Shown here: one piece after another, positions 25,286-40,900 of the stretch | How the letters are laid out: the number at the start of each line of letters is the position of its first letter | Position numbering within the stretch: position 1 is the first letter of the stretch | Source: Bugula neritina | Lineage: Eukaryota > Animalia > Bryozoa | Length of the DNA stretch: 64,000 nt | Reading direction: 5' to 3' | Assembly (NCBI GenBank): GCA_964035545.1 | Contig: OZ037765.1 | Span: forward strand, 30,007,504 to 30,071,503 | Program-made: the position numbers and the translations under genes | The notes under the pieces: generated by a model | What the model was told of the DNA's origin: nothing | Database searches by the model: none | What the model saw: only the letters and a program-made list of their open reading frames with translations

Positions 25286-26864
25286 ACTGTCTCAAAAGTT
25301 ATCTGTGGATAATTTAAGGTGATACAGCATCTTTAACATGCCATAACATTGGTGAGGTTACCAATTATATCAGAATGATAAAGATGATAACAGCTGTTGC
25401 AGTAATATTAGTCAATGCAGTTTTATAAGTTAAATTCAACAGTTTTTCAAACGCATTTTAAATATGTAGTGTTTCGAGTAAATATTTTTATTCTCAATCT
25501 TTGTTCTGCCCAACACTTTGAACAAACGTATGCAGACTTATGTCCCTTCTGATAGCTTAGAGCATTTTCCTTATCATCAAGACAAATGTTTTTTTCTGCA
25601 ATTAATACATCACACTGCTTTTATTTAAATTAAAGAAGCTAAGGGAGTTGAATATAATATACTGTACGATTAAAAACATTTTAGAGTTGTAAGCTTTTGA
25701 TAAAATGCAATGAAAGCAGATAACTCTAACTTTGTAAAAAAACCAACACCTACTTCGAAGCAAAACTGGTGATTTGTGATCTCATAGAATAAACTTTCCT
25801 GATTTTAGCAATCTACAACGTACAATTTATTTATTGTTAAAAAAAGAGCATGCTAACACCATATTATGCGGTAATTTACCCCTCCCTCCCCCTCATGCAT
25901 GAGTCAGGTAGGCTTTCAGGCAAACAAGCAGACTAGCATTTAAATCTGAGAAGAAAATAAACAAATATATTGATTGAGCAAAAAAGCCATTTGAAGTTGA
26001 AAAATTTCATCAATACTAGAAGATGATCAAAGAAATGTGACACGACTGTTCTAGTTCAACTTTCTAAGCTGTAAACTGTTTTCCAAATATAGTCACAGTT
26101 TCCATTCACTGGACTAATTTTGTTGACACCATAGTTCAAGAGCTCAGTATTTCACAAAGGTCCTGTGATTCCCATAACATTTATAATCTAGCATTGAGCT
26201 CTTTTTTACAAGCATATTTTGAATATTTCTCCTCAGTGCACCTACAAAGTTTACAATCTGAAAATAGCTTATAAAATATGATGATTAAATTCACTGAATT
26301 GAATGGCACTATTAGTGACAGCCCTGCATACATGAAGATCACTGGGAGTGAAACCTGTGCGCTATGTGTGAATGTACATAACTCGCGGTGGTACGTGATT
26401 CAGTGGTCCCAGTAGCTCCTATATAGTATAATTGTTAGCCTGCTGACTTGCAAGTTAAAAGTCTAAAGTTAGAAGTTAGAAGTCTGCCGGTGGGGGCAGT
26501 TAGTTTACAGATTTCTAATAAACCAATTATAGACAAAACTGCCAAGAGATACTTTAACAAACTAGAAACTTGATAATGTGAACAATATTATAATACTCTG
26601 GGGCATTTGGCTCAGTCACTAAGTAAATGATAAGTTAGTCAACAATGACAGTCTTTTCTTTCAATATATTTGATTAGCAAATATTAGCATTGAAAGTTAA
26701 CTTAAATGCTGGCTGAGTATTTCTTATACTTGGCTTACATTTTTTTTATAAACCAGGCTTGGATCTTTTGTATGCATTCATTAACCAGCCTACGCCACGA
26801 CTTTCATGTCACAGCTAATTCCTACAAGTTAATGCACATATAGAAAGTCATTAAATACGTTTTA

Positions 26865-26866
<2 letters not shown>

Positions 26867-26925
<59 letters not shown>
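26867..26925. repeat. (AT)n microsatellite
   Basis: About 29 perfect units. Confidence 0.98.
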
Positions 26926-26928
<3 letters not shown>

Positions 26929-26933
26929 CTGTG

Positions 26934-26968
26934 TACAGCAGCTGTTTCGGGATTTGTCCCCTCATCAG
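26934..26968 (-). ncRNA. Minimal type I hammerhead-ribozyme-like core (Penelope/retrozyme type), probably degenerate
   Basis: The minus strand reads CTGATGA-GGGG-ACAAA-TCCC-GAAA-CAG-CTG-CTG-TA. Both catalytic boxes, stem II and a short stem III are present. Stem I pairing is not evident. Confidence 0.55.
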
Positions 26969-27197
26969 AATAGAGTACCATGGCCCACACTTTCGCAATA
27001 GTAGAAACTTATAGTTTTACTAAAGCATATTTAAAAGGCGTGTAAAACCAAGCCAGAGACCTCAAGTGACTTTAGGGGTCGCTTAGGAGTCACAAGCCTT
27101 GCGAAATGCTAGCAGCTTGAGTTTGTGACCATGATTAGAGTGCTAAATCACTTAATGTCATTGCTGAGCATTAAATGAGAGCATAATAAATGAGAGC

Positions 27198-28611
<1,414 letters not shown>

Positions 28612-28669
28612 AATTAACGATAATATAAATTAAAGATTTGACATTTCTATATATAACAGAAATTCTAAA

Positions 28670-29045
28670 CAGTGTAGTACAGTACTAGTATACAGTCCTA
28701 GTATGCAGTATACAGTACTAGTATATAGTATACAGTACTCTACATAGTATACAGTACTAGTACATAGTACTGTATACTATATACTAGTGTATAATATCCA
28801 GTACTAACAGAGTCACTTACCATTAACCAATCAACAGCTTATAAGTCATATATAGCTCTGCCATGCAAATAAATACTACGCTGCCCACCCCTTGGTTGCC
28901 CAGCAGTCTATAAACTTTGAGCAGTAATATGAAACCTTAGTATATATAAAAATCCAATACCATAGTAAGCAATACACGTGCTATATGCTGTGGCTGATTC
29001 TTTTCACTCTCAGCATTGACTGATTACAATTCAGTTAATGCTTCA
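28670..29045 (+). promoter_or_regulatory. Putative promoter of sulfotransferase copy 2
   Basis: agtata/agtact-rich repeat (28670-28805), CCAAT (28827-28831), ATGCAAAT (28863-28870) and attcagttaatgctt (about 29029). Confidence 0.5.
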
Positions 29046-29074
29046 GCATTACTTGGCTTTTCTATCTGTTTGAA

Positions 29075-31012
29075 ATGGTAGACTATGGGAGAATTATTAA
29101 AATATTTGTCATATCAGCACTGGTATGTATTTTACCCTTTTTAATATATCAGACCTCTTTACGATATTCACGAAACAGTATATCAGAATATTATGTGCTC
29201 AACAAAGACCCTATAGAATATAAAGGAAGTACTAAACAGAACGGAGAGGAGGAGTTGTGGGTACCTGACTGGTACAACCACACAGATGTAGGTGGTGTGC
29301 TACACAGACGTCTACAGACTGTTAGAGAAAGATGCACCGAGTATACTGGCTACAGAAATCAGTGGAAAGACAAACCTAGAATAAAAAATGCTAGTTCTGG
29401 GAGCATAAAGTATTGTTACACTGCGAAAGCAGGCAGCACATTTTGGAATAACTTGCTACAAGCTGTCAGAAAAAAATCAAAAACACCAGCAGCTAATAGA
29501 ACTGTTGTAAGTGCTTTAGTATTCATCATTTCTACATGTTGAATGTCGGATAGTTTATGCTATTGAGTTCATAAAACTTTTTACAATGATATATGTTGCT
29601 ATCTCTGTATACTGTATAGCATGATCATATTAGAGCACTTATTGTGGTTGATCAAAAGTTTTTCTCCATTATTTATAAAGAATTTTTGTAATGTCATCTG
29701 TTAGTTTTTTTATAAGTCACTAGATACGTTCATAAATTTAGTGAAACTTGATGAAAATAATCGAAATTGACTCATAATAATTATAGTGTAAATGAAGTTG
29801 GTTTTCATTGATTAGAAAGCACATTCATACAGGCACATCAATGACTTGTATAAGTAACAGGATAAAAAGTACAATCAAAAGTATTAATAGTTTTCACATT
29901 GCTTATAGAAGCTGACAACTGTTAGAAACCCCTGGCATCGCCTGGTCAGTACATACATCCACAAGTTTAGCATCAAATGGAGAGGACATGCCCAGGAAAT
30001 GTGTCACAAAAGATTCTTTAAAAGACCGTCGTTCAGGTTTTCATACTTGCTTGTTGCTACATCTAGTGAATTAAATAATAAACATCAGATTATTGGGCTA
30101 AGATTAACCGCCATGTTTTTCAACTAAGAGTCTGTCAGGTCTAAATTAATTGCTTGTTATATTGCCAACTAGTTTTCGTGTTTGTAGAGAGTTTGTGAAA
30201 GATTGTGTCTTGGCACGGTGGATGATACATGAGTACAACACACACTGGTTACCAGCAGCAGAAAGATGTGATATTTGTAGAGGAGATTTAGACTTTATAG
30301 GTAAGTGAATAGTATACTATTTGCCAAGTATTGGCCAACAGGGTTGGACAGTGTTTGTATAAATGTTATTCGCTCTGCGGTAAAATGTGGTCACGTGGAA
30401 ATCAGAGGACAGAATCTTTGCTAAGCATTTCAACGAGGTAGGTGCAGTGATGAGAAAATTGAAAAAAGCCCGAGTTCTAAAATTAAAATGTAGCAAAAAG
30501 AGCTATGTTCTCACGAAAGTTTTAACCCACGCCCCAAACCAACATTTAATAATAAAATTAAAGAACTTAGACTATCTCAATTTCTCCACTACTCTTCCTA
30601 AGCATCTCAACAGACTTGGTTAGTGTTCTTATTTGTTAAATATTCAAGTGCATTTAAGCTGAAATTCAGAATTAAAATATTAAAGCTTTATAATTATTTT
30701 CATGAAGGTAAATATTCTAAAACACATTTAAGGACATATTCCGTTAATTTTGTAGTTGCTGTAGAAAATATGAAAAATGAAGCAATATATATTCTCAAAA
30801 ATTCGAGTGTGTCAGGTTATGAAGAAATCTATAATGGAATAAGGGAATCAACTATTAGATTGAATGAGAAAAAGAAAAAATCAACCAAATATCAAGACTA
30901 CTACAAAGATTTGGATGAAAAAGATATTGAAATGTTGACAGAACTCTACAGTTTTGATATTTATCTGTTTAGTTACCCAAAATCTCCTTTTATTTTCCAA
31001 GTAAAGCCGTAA
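29075..31012 (+). CDS. Carbohydrate sulfotransferase copy 2, about 309 aa. Exons 29075-29506, 29909-30036, 30188-30300, 30756-31012
   Basis: Same motifs and intron phases as copy 1 (YCYTAKAGSTFW, RNPWHRLVSTY, HWLPAAERCDIC). Confidence 0.88.
30439..30600 (+). mobile_element. MITE copy 3 (about 160 bp)
   Basis: taggtgcagtgatgagaaaattgaaaaaagcc ... gactatctcaatttctccactactcttccta, with TA at both ends. Confidence 0.7.
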
Positions 31013-31960
31013 GTTTTCTCAAAATCGCACTGCATTGATCGCATCAGAATGATAGAGATGATAAGTGAAATATTAATCAATACATTTTTATAAGTTGAAT
31101 TTAACAACTTTGATAGTCACTTATATTTGGCTATCACCTAAAATCTAAATACAAGTTGTTGTATACCCAATCATAATGGCCTTATAATATAACTTGCCCA
31201 TACAATTGCTAGATGACAATTTTGTTTGGCTCAGTGTCTACAGCAGTATAATTATGATAACTGATACGAAGTATTGCTGATTTCCATTGCTTGTTTGTTC
31301 TTAAGTTTTCTTTGAGCTTGGCTTTTTATATTATTTAAATAAGTCATGAAAATGCTTGATATTGTGTGTGCTATGCTAACTATGCTATGGATGGTATTGA
31401 AGAATTGTTAATGGCTAATAGTTGTTCTATTTCATGACCTGTAGAGGGTGTAACTTTATGTAATATATATAATACAAGCAGCAATAGAGCAAGAATGGGG
31501 CAAAATTCAAGTACTGGACTACATGACTCAAGTTACATCTTCGAATGCAATAATTGACCTTATGGTGTATACAATTTTAATTATAAAACTGAGAAGCAGA
31601 TCTGAGCTACTAATGACTAAAAGGTACTGACTAAAAAATTATTTATTATGTCATAATTCTCTCATCAATTAAAAAGCTGGTTGAATTACGTATATTTCAA
31701 AGCAAGTTCCCTTACTAAATGGACGGCTTATCATATAAATAAGAAGCTGCTAAATAATATACGCAGTAAATACTGCATTCAAATATAAAAATACTCTACC
31801 AAAAGTTTCATAGCTACATGCAAGAAAAATCTCACTTCAACACAACTACTCAGAAAAACACACACAATTTCACACAAATGAGAAAACAACAATTTATCAC
31901 TGAACACAAAATACGAATAATGGTAGCTCTACGACTACAAGGTTTTTGAAAATGACTCAA

Positions 31961-34900
31961 CTATTTGCTAAATCTAGTGGCGAATATGTTGGCCACCATC
32001 TTTGCCCTAACGCTGATGTCATTTTGCTCCCTGAGTATTTGGGCGACGGATTTTCTCTGAATAAACTTCCCTTCTGTCTACAAAGCATGTGAGAAAGTTA
32101 AATCTTCCATATCATCTTATTATTTATTCAAATTTCTCTGACTGCACCTGTACTCTGTTCTAGCAATGAGAAGTTAGAGATGAGATACACTATAAGTGTG
32201 AGTATTATTGAATATCGGCACAATACAGTATATTTATTGCTGGAGCAACACTACATAAAGCTTGCACATACTCAATGAGCTAACAAAGAAGATTCACTCT
32301 GCAGGTTTGTAATTCTGTATCTATGTCTAGAGATACCTGCTGACTATGTGATTCTCTGGCAGCAGCCATCTTTGCTGCCAACTCCTCTTTACTAGGAAAA
32401 AATGAAGGAATTTTCCGAGCTAACTGAGGACTTTCAGCAGGTGGCATTTCAACATCTGCTTCTTTCTCTACAGAATGAATTCAAATGTGTTGCAAAGTTT
32501 TAAAAGATTACACGAAAACCAAATAATAATATAATGATTTAGGTTTATAATAGTTTGAGAATATAGTACAATTGTTAATCTCCATTTTACTAACTCAAAT
32601 TAATTAACATTTAATTTTTTTCTTAAATGATAGGCCATAATGATAACCACATAATTCTATTTAATACATTCATATAAAGTGTAACCAACACACCATCACC
32701 ACTGTTTGAGTGGGGGGACGACTCTAAGTGTCGAGAATCTGGTGCTACAGACGATACGCCATCCTCTTCTGTCAGATCTGTAAGTTGACCATGAGAGGGT
32801 TTGGTTAGCCTTGTTTCCTGATCAGCAGTCACCTCCAAGGTCGAATCTGCAGACATAGAACAATATGAAAGCATAATCTGCGGAAAATAGTAGCCAAAAA
32901 ACAAAGTAGTTTTTCTTTGAAGGGGCTGCTCACCCTAGTTTAGTGACAAAATTCTTGTTTTACATTAGACACACTTGTAATAGACAACTCAGTTATTTAT
33001 TACATAACAAATACCATCAATCAATAAAACTATGAAGTAATTGGGTAACATATTATGACAAGCTTAGACAGTGCGTTCACATGTATTTGCTATAAATTTT
33101 CTAGACTGGTTTGATCAAGTAGAAATGCTGCAGCTGAAGCCCCATATATTTATTTAGTATTTAAAACTTTGCAGACAATCAACTTGAATTTATATACTAT
33201 TATATAGTTTTTCTATTTGGGTTTCAGAATATCTATAGGCGAACAAATCTTTTGATACGATATGAATATGTGAAGGAGAATAAAACTCCCAGAATTGAAG
33301 TCCATGCACCCTGCTACCCGAACAGGATAAAGCGGGATAGGTGAGAGAAAGAAATTGAAGTCTATGCACATTCTTGTACTCCATCATATACAAGTAGCGG
33401 TAAATGGTATGAGCACAATATCATGTGAGGTAAACCAACTTCGGACTAGTACATAAGTGCATTGTTATATTCATAAGCAAATATTAAGGGCTAAAATTAA
33501 TGCTTAGAAGACACCAACCATGAAATGTACCAAATGGCATATCAGTTTCGTCTTCTTCATTGATAACTCTAGATACTGCCTCTTCTTCTTTATAGTCTTG
33601 TTCTTCTTCTGACATCACTTCCTGTTCTTCTTCTGACATCATTTCCTGTTCTTTTTCTGACATCACTTCCTGGTCTTCTTCTGACATCACTTCCTGGTCT
33701 TCTTCTGACATCACTTCCTGGTCTTCTTCTGACATCACTTCCTGCTCTTCTTCTGACATATCTTCCAGTTCATCTTTGAAACTCACTCCCTCATCAGCTG
33801 ATGCAACTTCCCGCCTTGCTTCTAGAACATTCTGTTTGCTAGCTGTCATCACCGCTGACTTACCTTCTGATGGGGTGTTTGTCTTCATACTCAACTCTGT
33901 TTCCTGTCTGCCACCTAACACAACTTCCTGCCGACTGCCTGACATAGATTTCTCTCCTTCTAGAGTCACAGCACCATCCAACAGAACTCCCTTTGACTTA
34001 CCAGGGTAGTCTGACGAGCTTTCTCTGTTGGGTAACTCCATCATTCTCTCTCTATTGACTTCACACTTAAGCTGATCTGATTGGCTGGACAAAGAAAATG
34101 TCTCAGTCACATGATCAGAACTTGCCGGAAACACTTTGGCTGCCTGTATATCTGCTGGATTCAACGCCAAGCCTTGAGAAGGAGAGTGGAGGGGCGTGTC
34201 TTGGGTCGTGTCACTAGCAAGAGGTTTCACTCCATCACTTAGCCATTCAGCGCTACTCACGGAACTGGAGCGTCTCTCAGATTCTACATTACCTGCTGAG
34301 GAAATAGAAAAATAAAATTTATATTTACTAACCATGTTTCTCTATTGAGAGAAATGGCTTCGTGCAAAAAATACGTGCATTCTATAACTGTGAAACAAAT
34401 ATGCCTTGGTGCAACCTGTAGCACAACTTATAGCAAAGAAGTTGTGAAACTTGTTACCTACTGTAATCGCCTTACATAACTGAGATGTAGATAAAACTTT
34501 ACGAAAAGTTTGCAGTACAGACTTACCAGGTTTGGCCTTGACATAGACAGGTGGACTGAAATGCTCCTCATCAGAACTCATGTTGAATATAACCTGAGTT
34601 CTCGGAGTAGAAGGAAATTCATCTTCACTTTCAACAGTCTCTAACTTCAACGGGACAGCAGGGTCACCTGCCTTGCCCATATATTCGCTGCCAGATTGAC
34701 TCACAAGAGCCGACGTGGAGACCGGAAGTGTAGACTTAGAAGAAATGATGTCACCAGCTTGCACTACGCCGTGTTTCACCAGCTCCAGCACATTGTCATG
34801 TGCCTTGCTGACGGTCTCCATCAGTCTGTCCCGAGTTTCTTGACTGCTGCCGCTGCCGCTAGCCGCTACACAATATAAATAATGCTGCTTCTGAGATTCA

Positions 34901-37900
34901 TTATAAAACATATTATTAGGAGTTGTTTCCACTCTGAGTCACATGACCTGATGGACATAAATTAACTCTTTAGTTACTGGCATGAAATAAGATGCTGAAT
35001 GTTGATAAACAAGTGAGTGTCCACCATTTAGTCTATTCGCCGGGTGAAACTCCCAAAACAAATTTCAAACTTTTCTTACAACAAAATCAGTAGAGCTGAA
35101 CTAATCTAACAATACCTGAGCTAACAGCAGTAGAGCCTAGGCAATCCTCTACCACGACACTGTCACTGCTCGGGGGTGGATTCGGCTGATACAACTTCTT
35201 ACGGAGGTTGTTAGTAATAATATCCAGCTCGGCCAGCTGCTTCCTGTAATGTCCGGTCAGTGCATTTGGGAAAAGTAAATTGAAGAAGCTACGCCATTTG
35301 ACTAAACAAATATCGGGTTCTATTGAAGGTTAATGGATTGATGAACTTAATTTTATCACATATTCTTTGGCATCTGAGAGGTAAACCCAAGTAGGAAAAA
35401 ACTGCTTTATTTATTATTTTAGTATAAATATTGTATTGTTTAAATTTTATAAACCAACCTAGAATCATCTTCCCTGAATATGTATTTATAAGTATAATCT
35501 TACTTCTGAATATGTTACTTTTTAATACTCTGATAGCTTCAGGGAGTTTTGGCATTAAACTTTTAAATAATTCATAACTTCACAATTTAGTTAAGGGATG
35601 CCCTAATCTGGCTAAAATATATAATTTTAGAATCAAGATTTTAGCAAATGCTTTTTCGCCAAACAACGGCGGCAGTTATTTTATTTCTTTGACAAGTTAT
35701 TGCCATCACAAATACATGCAAAGTACATTCATCTCATACAGTATCGTATGTTTTGTAAACTTAGAAAACATTCTTCGCTATTTTACTGTTCAAAACTAAA
35801 AACAATATAACAGATATTTCTGTCACAAAGTATATAACATAGAGTGATAAAGGATACCTCAAGAGTTGAGTAGAGGAAGAGCTGTGAGTGCTGCCGTACT
35901 GCACCTGCTGCTCCGTGTACCTGGCCACGTGACTGGGGTACTCTGTATATGATGCTGCCGTAGAGTAGCGGGTAGGGGACCCGCGCCTTACCATCTCCCT
36001 AGGCACCTAAAGAACCACAGTCTAGGTTCAGTATGGAAAGTGAGTCAAGTATGAACTACCGTACTGTCAAGTATTTTAGCACTAAAATCTCTGGATTACA
36101 CACACTACACGTACATTACAAGTATATCAGTATTCGCTTTGATACTACATAATATTATATTAACTATACATAATAATATATCAACTAAATAAAATACTAT
36201 AGTAAATAAAAAAATAATATATCAACTACATCAAATATCAAATATATAATCAGATATCAACTGTACATAATGGTAGTAAAGGCCTCAAGTCTTTATTGCA
36301 ACCGTTTCTTGAGCAAGATAATATTTACCTGAGGGTTTTGAGCTGGGCTCGTTTTATACGACCTTTGACCTGATTTGAAGGAAGTAAGAGGCTGAATTCC
36401 ACATTTGATTTGTCCTTGACACAAACCAGTAAAGTCGACTATGTTGTACCAGCCGGAGAGGTACGACATGCCAGCTAGCAGAGGTCGAAGGTCAATAGTG
36501 GTGAAGCCAATCACCTGAGATCCCTTCTCCTCACACTTGGACCAGAGTTTCATCACCAGATGCTGTTGAGTGAAATGAGAAAGTCTGGAAATCTGATGAC
36601 TAAGAAAACATGCTAAAATCATCCAAAAGGTAAGAAAAGCTCATCTTTCAACATTACAATTTCAAATATAGAACTTTTGGTATGGATATCTAAGAGGTAC
36701 AGTGAAAACCAAAAACACCACTGCACTACAGTTTTGATTTTCAAAGAATTGCTGCATTTGGTAGCCTCTGTTTCACTGATATAACATGACAAACATCTGA
36801 CTAGAGTCTTAGTATTAAGTAACTAAGGCTGCGTACTTTAGACTGATGGATGGAGGGAAGGTGGAAACGGACACACTTCTCATACATCCAACATGGTCTG
36901 TTTGTGGCCTCAACACCAGGAGTTATGTGCTCTTTGCCTGCCAGACTATACGTCACATGCAGGCTTGTTCCTGGGCTATGAAATGTAAATATTCAGTGAA
37001 CTGTAAACTAATAGAAACAGCTGAGATGATGACTCCTAAGCAAATAATGTCAAGGTCATGTGAAGTCTTTTCAATTTTTTTATAAAACAAATGTTCGATG
37101 TCAATAAGTTTACTATTTTTAAATACATAAAATTATTAAAATTAAAAAATACAGAATAGGAATATACATGAAAAAATTATATCATATACGTCCTATATTT
37201 AGATGAGATGTGAACAGCTTTTTCCCCACATAACCTGATAAATGTGTATTTCAATATCAGATAAGCTGATTCACCTCAGACCAATAGTAAGACGGTTTGC
37301 TTCCTCTATGCTAATCATGGTCTCAATTGTGTTCTCATCTAGAGAGCTTTCTTCTGATTGGTCAGATGTGTTTAGATCCTCCAATTGTGGAGCAGGAGCT
37401 TCATCTGTTGCAATTACTCTCTGCACTTGCTAAAAAAACTTACTGAAGTAAATTTCAAGAATTTTGAAATGCTAATATCTTGTGCGCATAAATAAAAGAA
37501 TAAATCTCTAAACCTACAGTTTATGACTCTGTGTAGTGACTTAAACACATCAAGTCTTCAAGTACAAACTTAAAACACATCAAGTCTTCAAGTACAAACT
37601 TAAAACATATCAAGTCTTCAAGTACAAACTTAAAACACATCAACTCTTCAAGTAAAAACTTGAAACACATTTCAGGTAAATACTTTTCTGATAGAAAATT
37701 AGAAATTGATAAAATAAAAGCTGGTATAGACTGAGATGATCAACAAACCATCTGTTGGTGGTGTTGGGGGTCCTTCTGGGGTCTCCTACTAACATGAGCT
37801 TGTAGAAGAGAACGGCCCATCCTTTTGGTACACGGCTTATACAGAGGGTAGACATCGCTGAGGGCACACGCCCTGTGCTTGCACAGGTGCTCTGTAACAA

Positions 37901-40900
37901 CAGCACCCTTCAAGATAACACTGTAGGTCATGGTATATATGCAGAGGGTTGTTACATTTCCATTTGATGCTTTCGATTAGCCAATGGAGTAAAGAGAATA
38001 CACATAAGTAAGCTTTGTGAAATAAGGAACTGTAGCATCTTATTAGAAATAGAAAACTTGTTTAAATTACATCATTTCAGTTGCTACTTTACTACCTTAC
38101 TTAAGTTAAACAGAGTTATTTCAAATAAGAAATCAATTAATTGTGAAACAAAATTTTAAAATTTGGTAACTTTCACATCAGCTAAAAGCAATGCCAACAA
38201 ACTTATAAAACTTTACATTAGCTATACCTATTACTCACAACTAATACTTATATCTATTACATATAACTATTATCTATAATTCTATATCAACTCCCTTTAG
38301 CCTTTTATATACTTACAGAATGTTTGAAGACATTCATTATTCTACTATGAAAATATTATTCATTATTATTAAAGAATCGCATAAGCTTCAATATAGTAAC
38401 ATAGACTATGACTGTACAGCATACCGAGGGGTATGTACGCTGTTCCGAGATATCTATCACTACTAGATGGAGTTATCTCCTCACTCAAACTGTCTCTTTG
38501 TGTGCAGAGCCACAACTCCAACTCTAAGTTCTGGTCCAACAGATACCTACGAGAACACAGGATGTGCACGGATAATAAGCCTTGAAATTTGAAGAATAAA
38601 TTATTATTAGAATTTTAGACATGAATATTGGTTTCATTTAAAAATATAATTTATATTTTTTTATAAAAAAACTATTGTATAATATACTATAACTGTATTC
38701 TAAAAGTACACATTACTAATCAAATTAATATCTTTACATCTCATATAGACCAACTCATATTGAATGAAGACAAACTAAGTTACATAGAATATACTTACCA
38801 GAGAATATACTTACCAGAGAATATACTTACCAGAGAATATACTTACCAGAGAATATACTTACCAGAGAGTATACTTACCAGAGAATATACTTACCAGAGA
38901 ATATACTTACCAGAGAGTATACTTACCCGAGAATACAGAATATACTTACCAGAAAATACTGAATGACTTACCAGAGAAATGAGGTGCTGACAGTCTGAAG
39001 ATATTTAAATCTGACATTACATCTACACTCGAAGTTATCTCCCTTATCAGTAAGTCGCAAGGCCGTTGAATATGCCACATCTGTGAAAGAGATAGTATAC
39101 ATAGTAGTAGTAAACACAAACCTACTTTTTCATAGGTCCAGCAGCTGAGTTCAGACAGACAATAGGCCAATCGTCACTAGTGTAACATTAACTGTAGGAA
39201 ACCATAGCAACATGATGCAGTCTGGGTCAAAAGGTTATTGTGTCATGCTAAATGTCGCCCATGAGAAAACAGCAGAAAGTATATTTATATTGTTATAAAA
39301 CATCCTGGTCTACTCTTTAAAATCATTCAAATCAAATCATCAGTTGTTAAGGAAGCAAACTGTTGTTTAAGAAAGACGCATAGTATAGTGAGACATATAC
39401 CATTGTTGTAGAATGAGGTCTTGAGGTAGCATACAGAGTCTATGGGGAGGTCATCATACTCTGATTTAAGCACAAGAGAGGCGGGAATAGAGAACCAGTC
39501 TACCTCAAAATCTACTTCAGTCAGTTCATCAATCACTACATCTGCAACAGTAATAGAACAGCATATAATACCTTACCTGTGGTATATATACTCAGACTAT
39601 ACGGTATATATACTCAGACTATACGGTATATATACTCAGACTATACGGTATATATACTTAGACTATACGGTATATATACTCAGACCATGTAACCACTCTA
39701 CCTGTGGTATATATACTCAGACTATATAACCACTCTACCTGCAGCATATATACTCAGACTATGCAGTATATATACTCAGACTATGCAGTATATATACTCA
39801 GACTATGTAACCACTCTACCTGTGGTATATATACTCAGACTATGTAACCACTCTACCTGTAGCGTCCACTCCAGCTCTGTCCACCTGATATCCCATCTTA
39901 GAAGCAGCTTCCACGACGCTGCCGATGTCTTGAGAACCGGACAGCCTAGCCTGTATATTCAATGCCCCTAGCATTGGATCCTGGGATTGTGTGGTTGTGT
40001 ACAGCTCAGGTGGCGGGTTCACTGGGTACCAGCCCCTAATGCCTGCAGCAACAACTTATTATTTTTCCACATAACAGTCAATAAACAGCACACATTTATA
40101 ATGTTTGATAAGGAGGTAAACTAAAAAGCAATTTGCTAGCATACTTCAAAGTTGTCACCAAATTACTTTTCTTCATTGTAGCATGAAAACCAATGTAAAT
40201 TAACCAGGTAAAGTGTTCAGGTAAAGTGATCAGGTAATGAAAAGGTAGAAAACTCTTGATATGAAAAAGTTGCCCAACTAAGTATTATGGACAACCAAGA
40301 TGGCGGATTATTCAAACAGATAGTTGGTTACTAACTTCCTAAGAAAACAACATTCATATATGCATTATGCATACTCTGACTTGTAGAGTGAAGCTGTCAA
40401 ACCATAAAATATATTCAATCGCTGAACAGTTATACAAATACAACCAAACAAGTATAGAAACTGACCAGTTTTGTGAGTGAGGAGATTAGCGAGGGGCACA
40501 GACACCACCCCCAACTGAATATCTGAAGAAGGAGGGATCCCAGGGCAATCATCCAACACAGGGTCTGTAATGAGAATGTTTTGGGTGGATTAAATAGTAT
40601 ATACTGTATATTATGTAGCATATACTGCATAATACGCAGTATATACTGTATATTATGTAGCATATACTGTATATTAAGTAGTATATACTGTAGACTAAGT
40701 AGTATATACTGTATAATACGCAGTATATACTGCAGAAGTATGAGTAGCAGACCTTTGAGACTCTGGTGCCACACCTCAGCTATGAGGTAACCAGAATGAA
40801 GGCACTGAGCTAGACTCGTGTTGTTGTCTATAAGCAAAGGCAGAGGAAAATGTGATCTAAATCCAAACTCCTCAAGATAAAGCACGCGGGGCTCTGTGTC

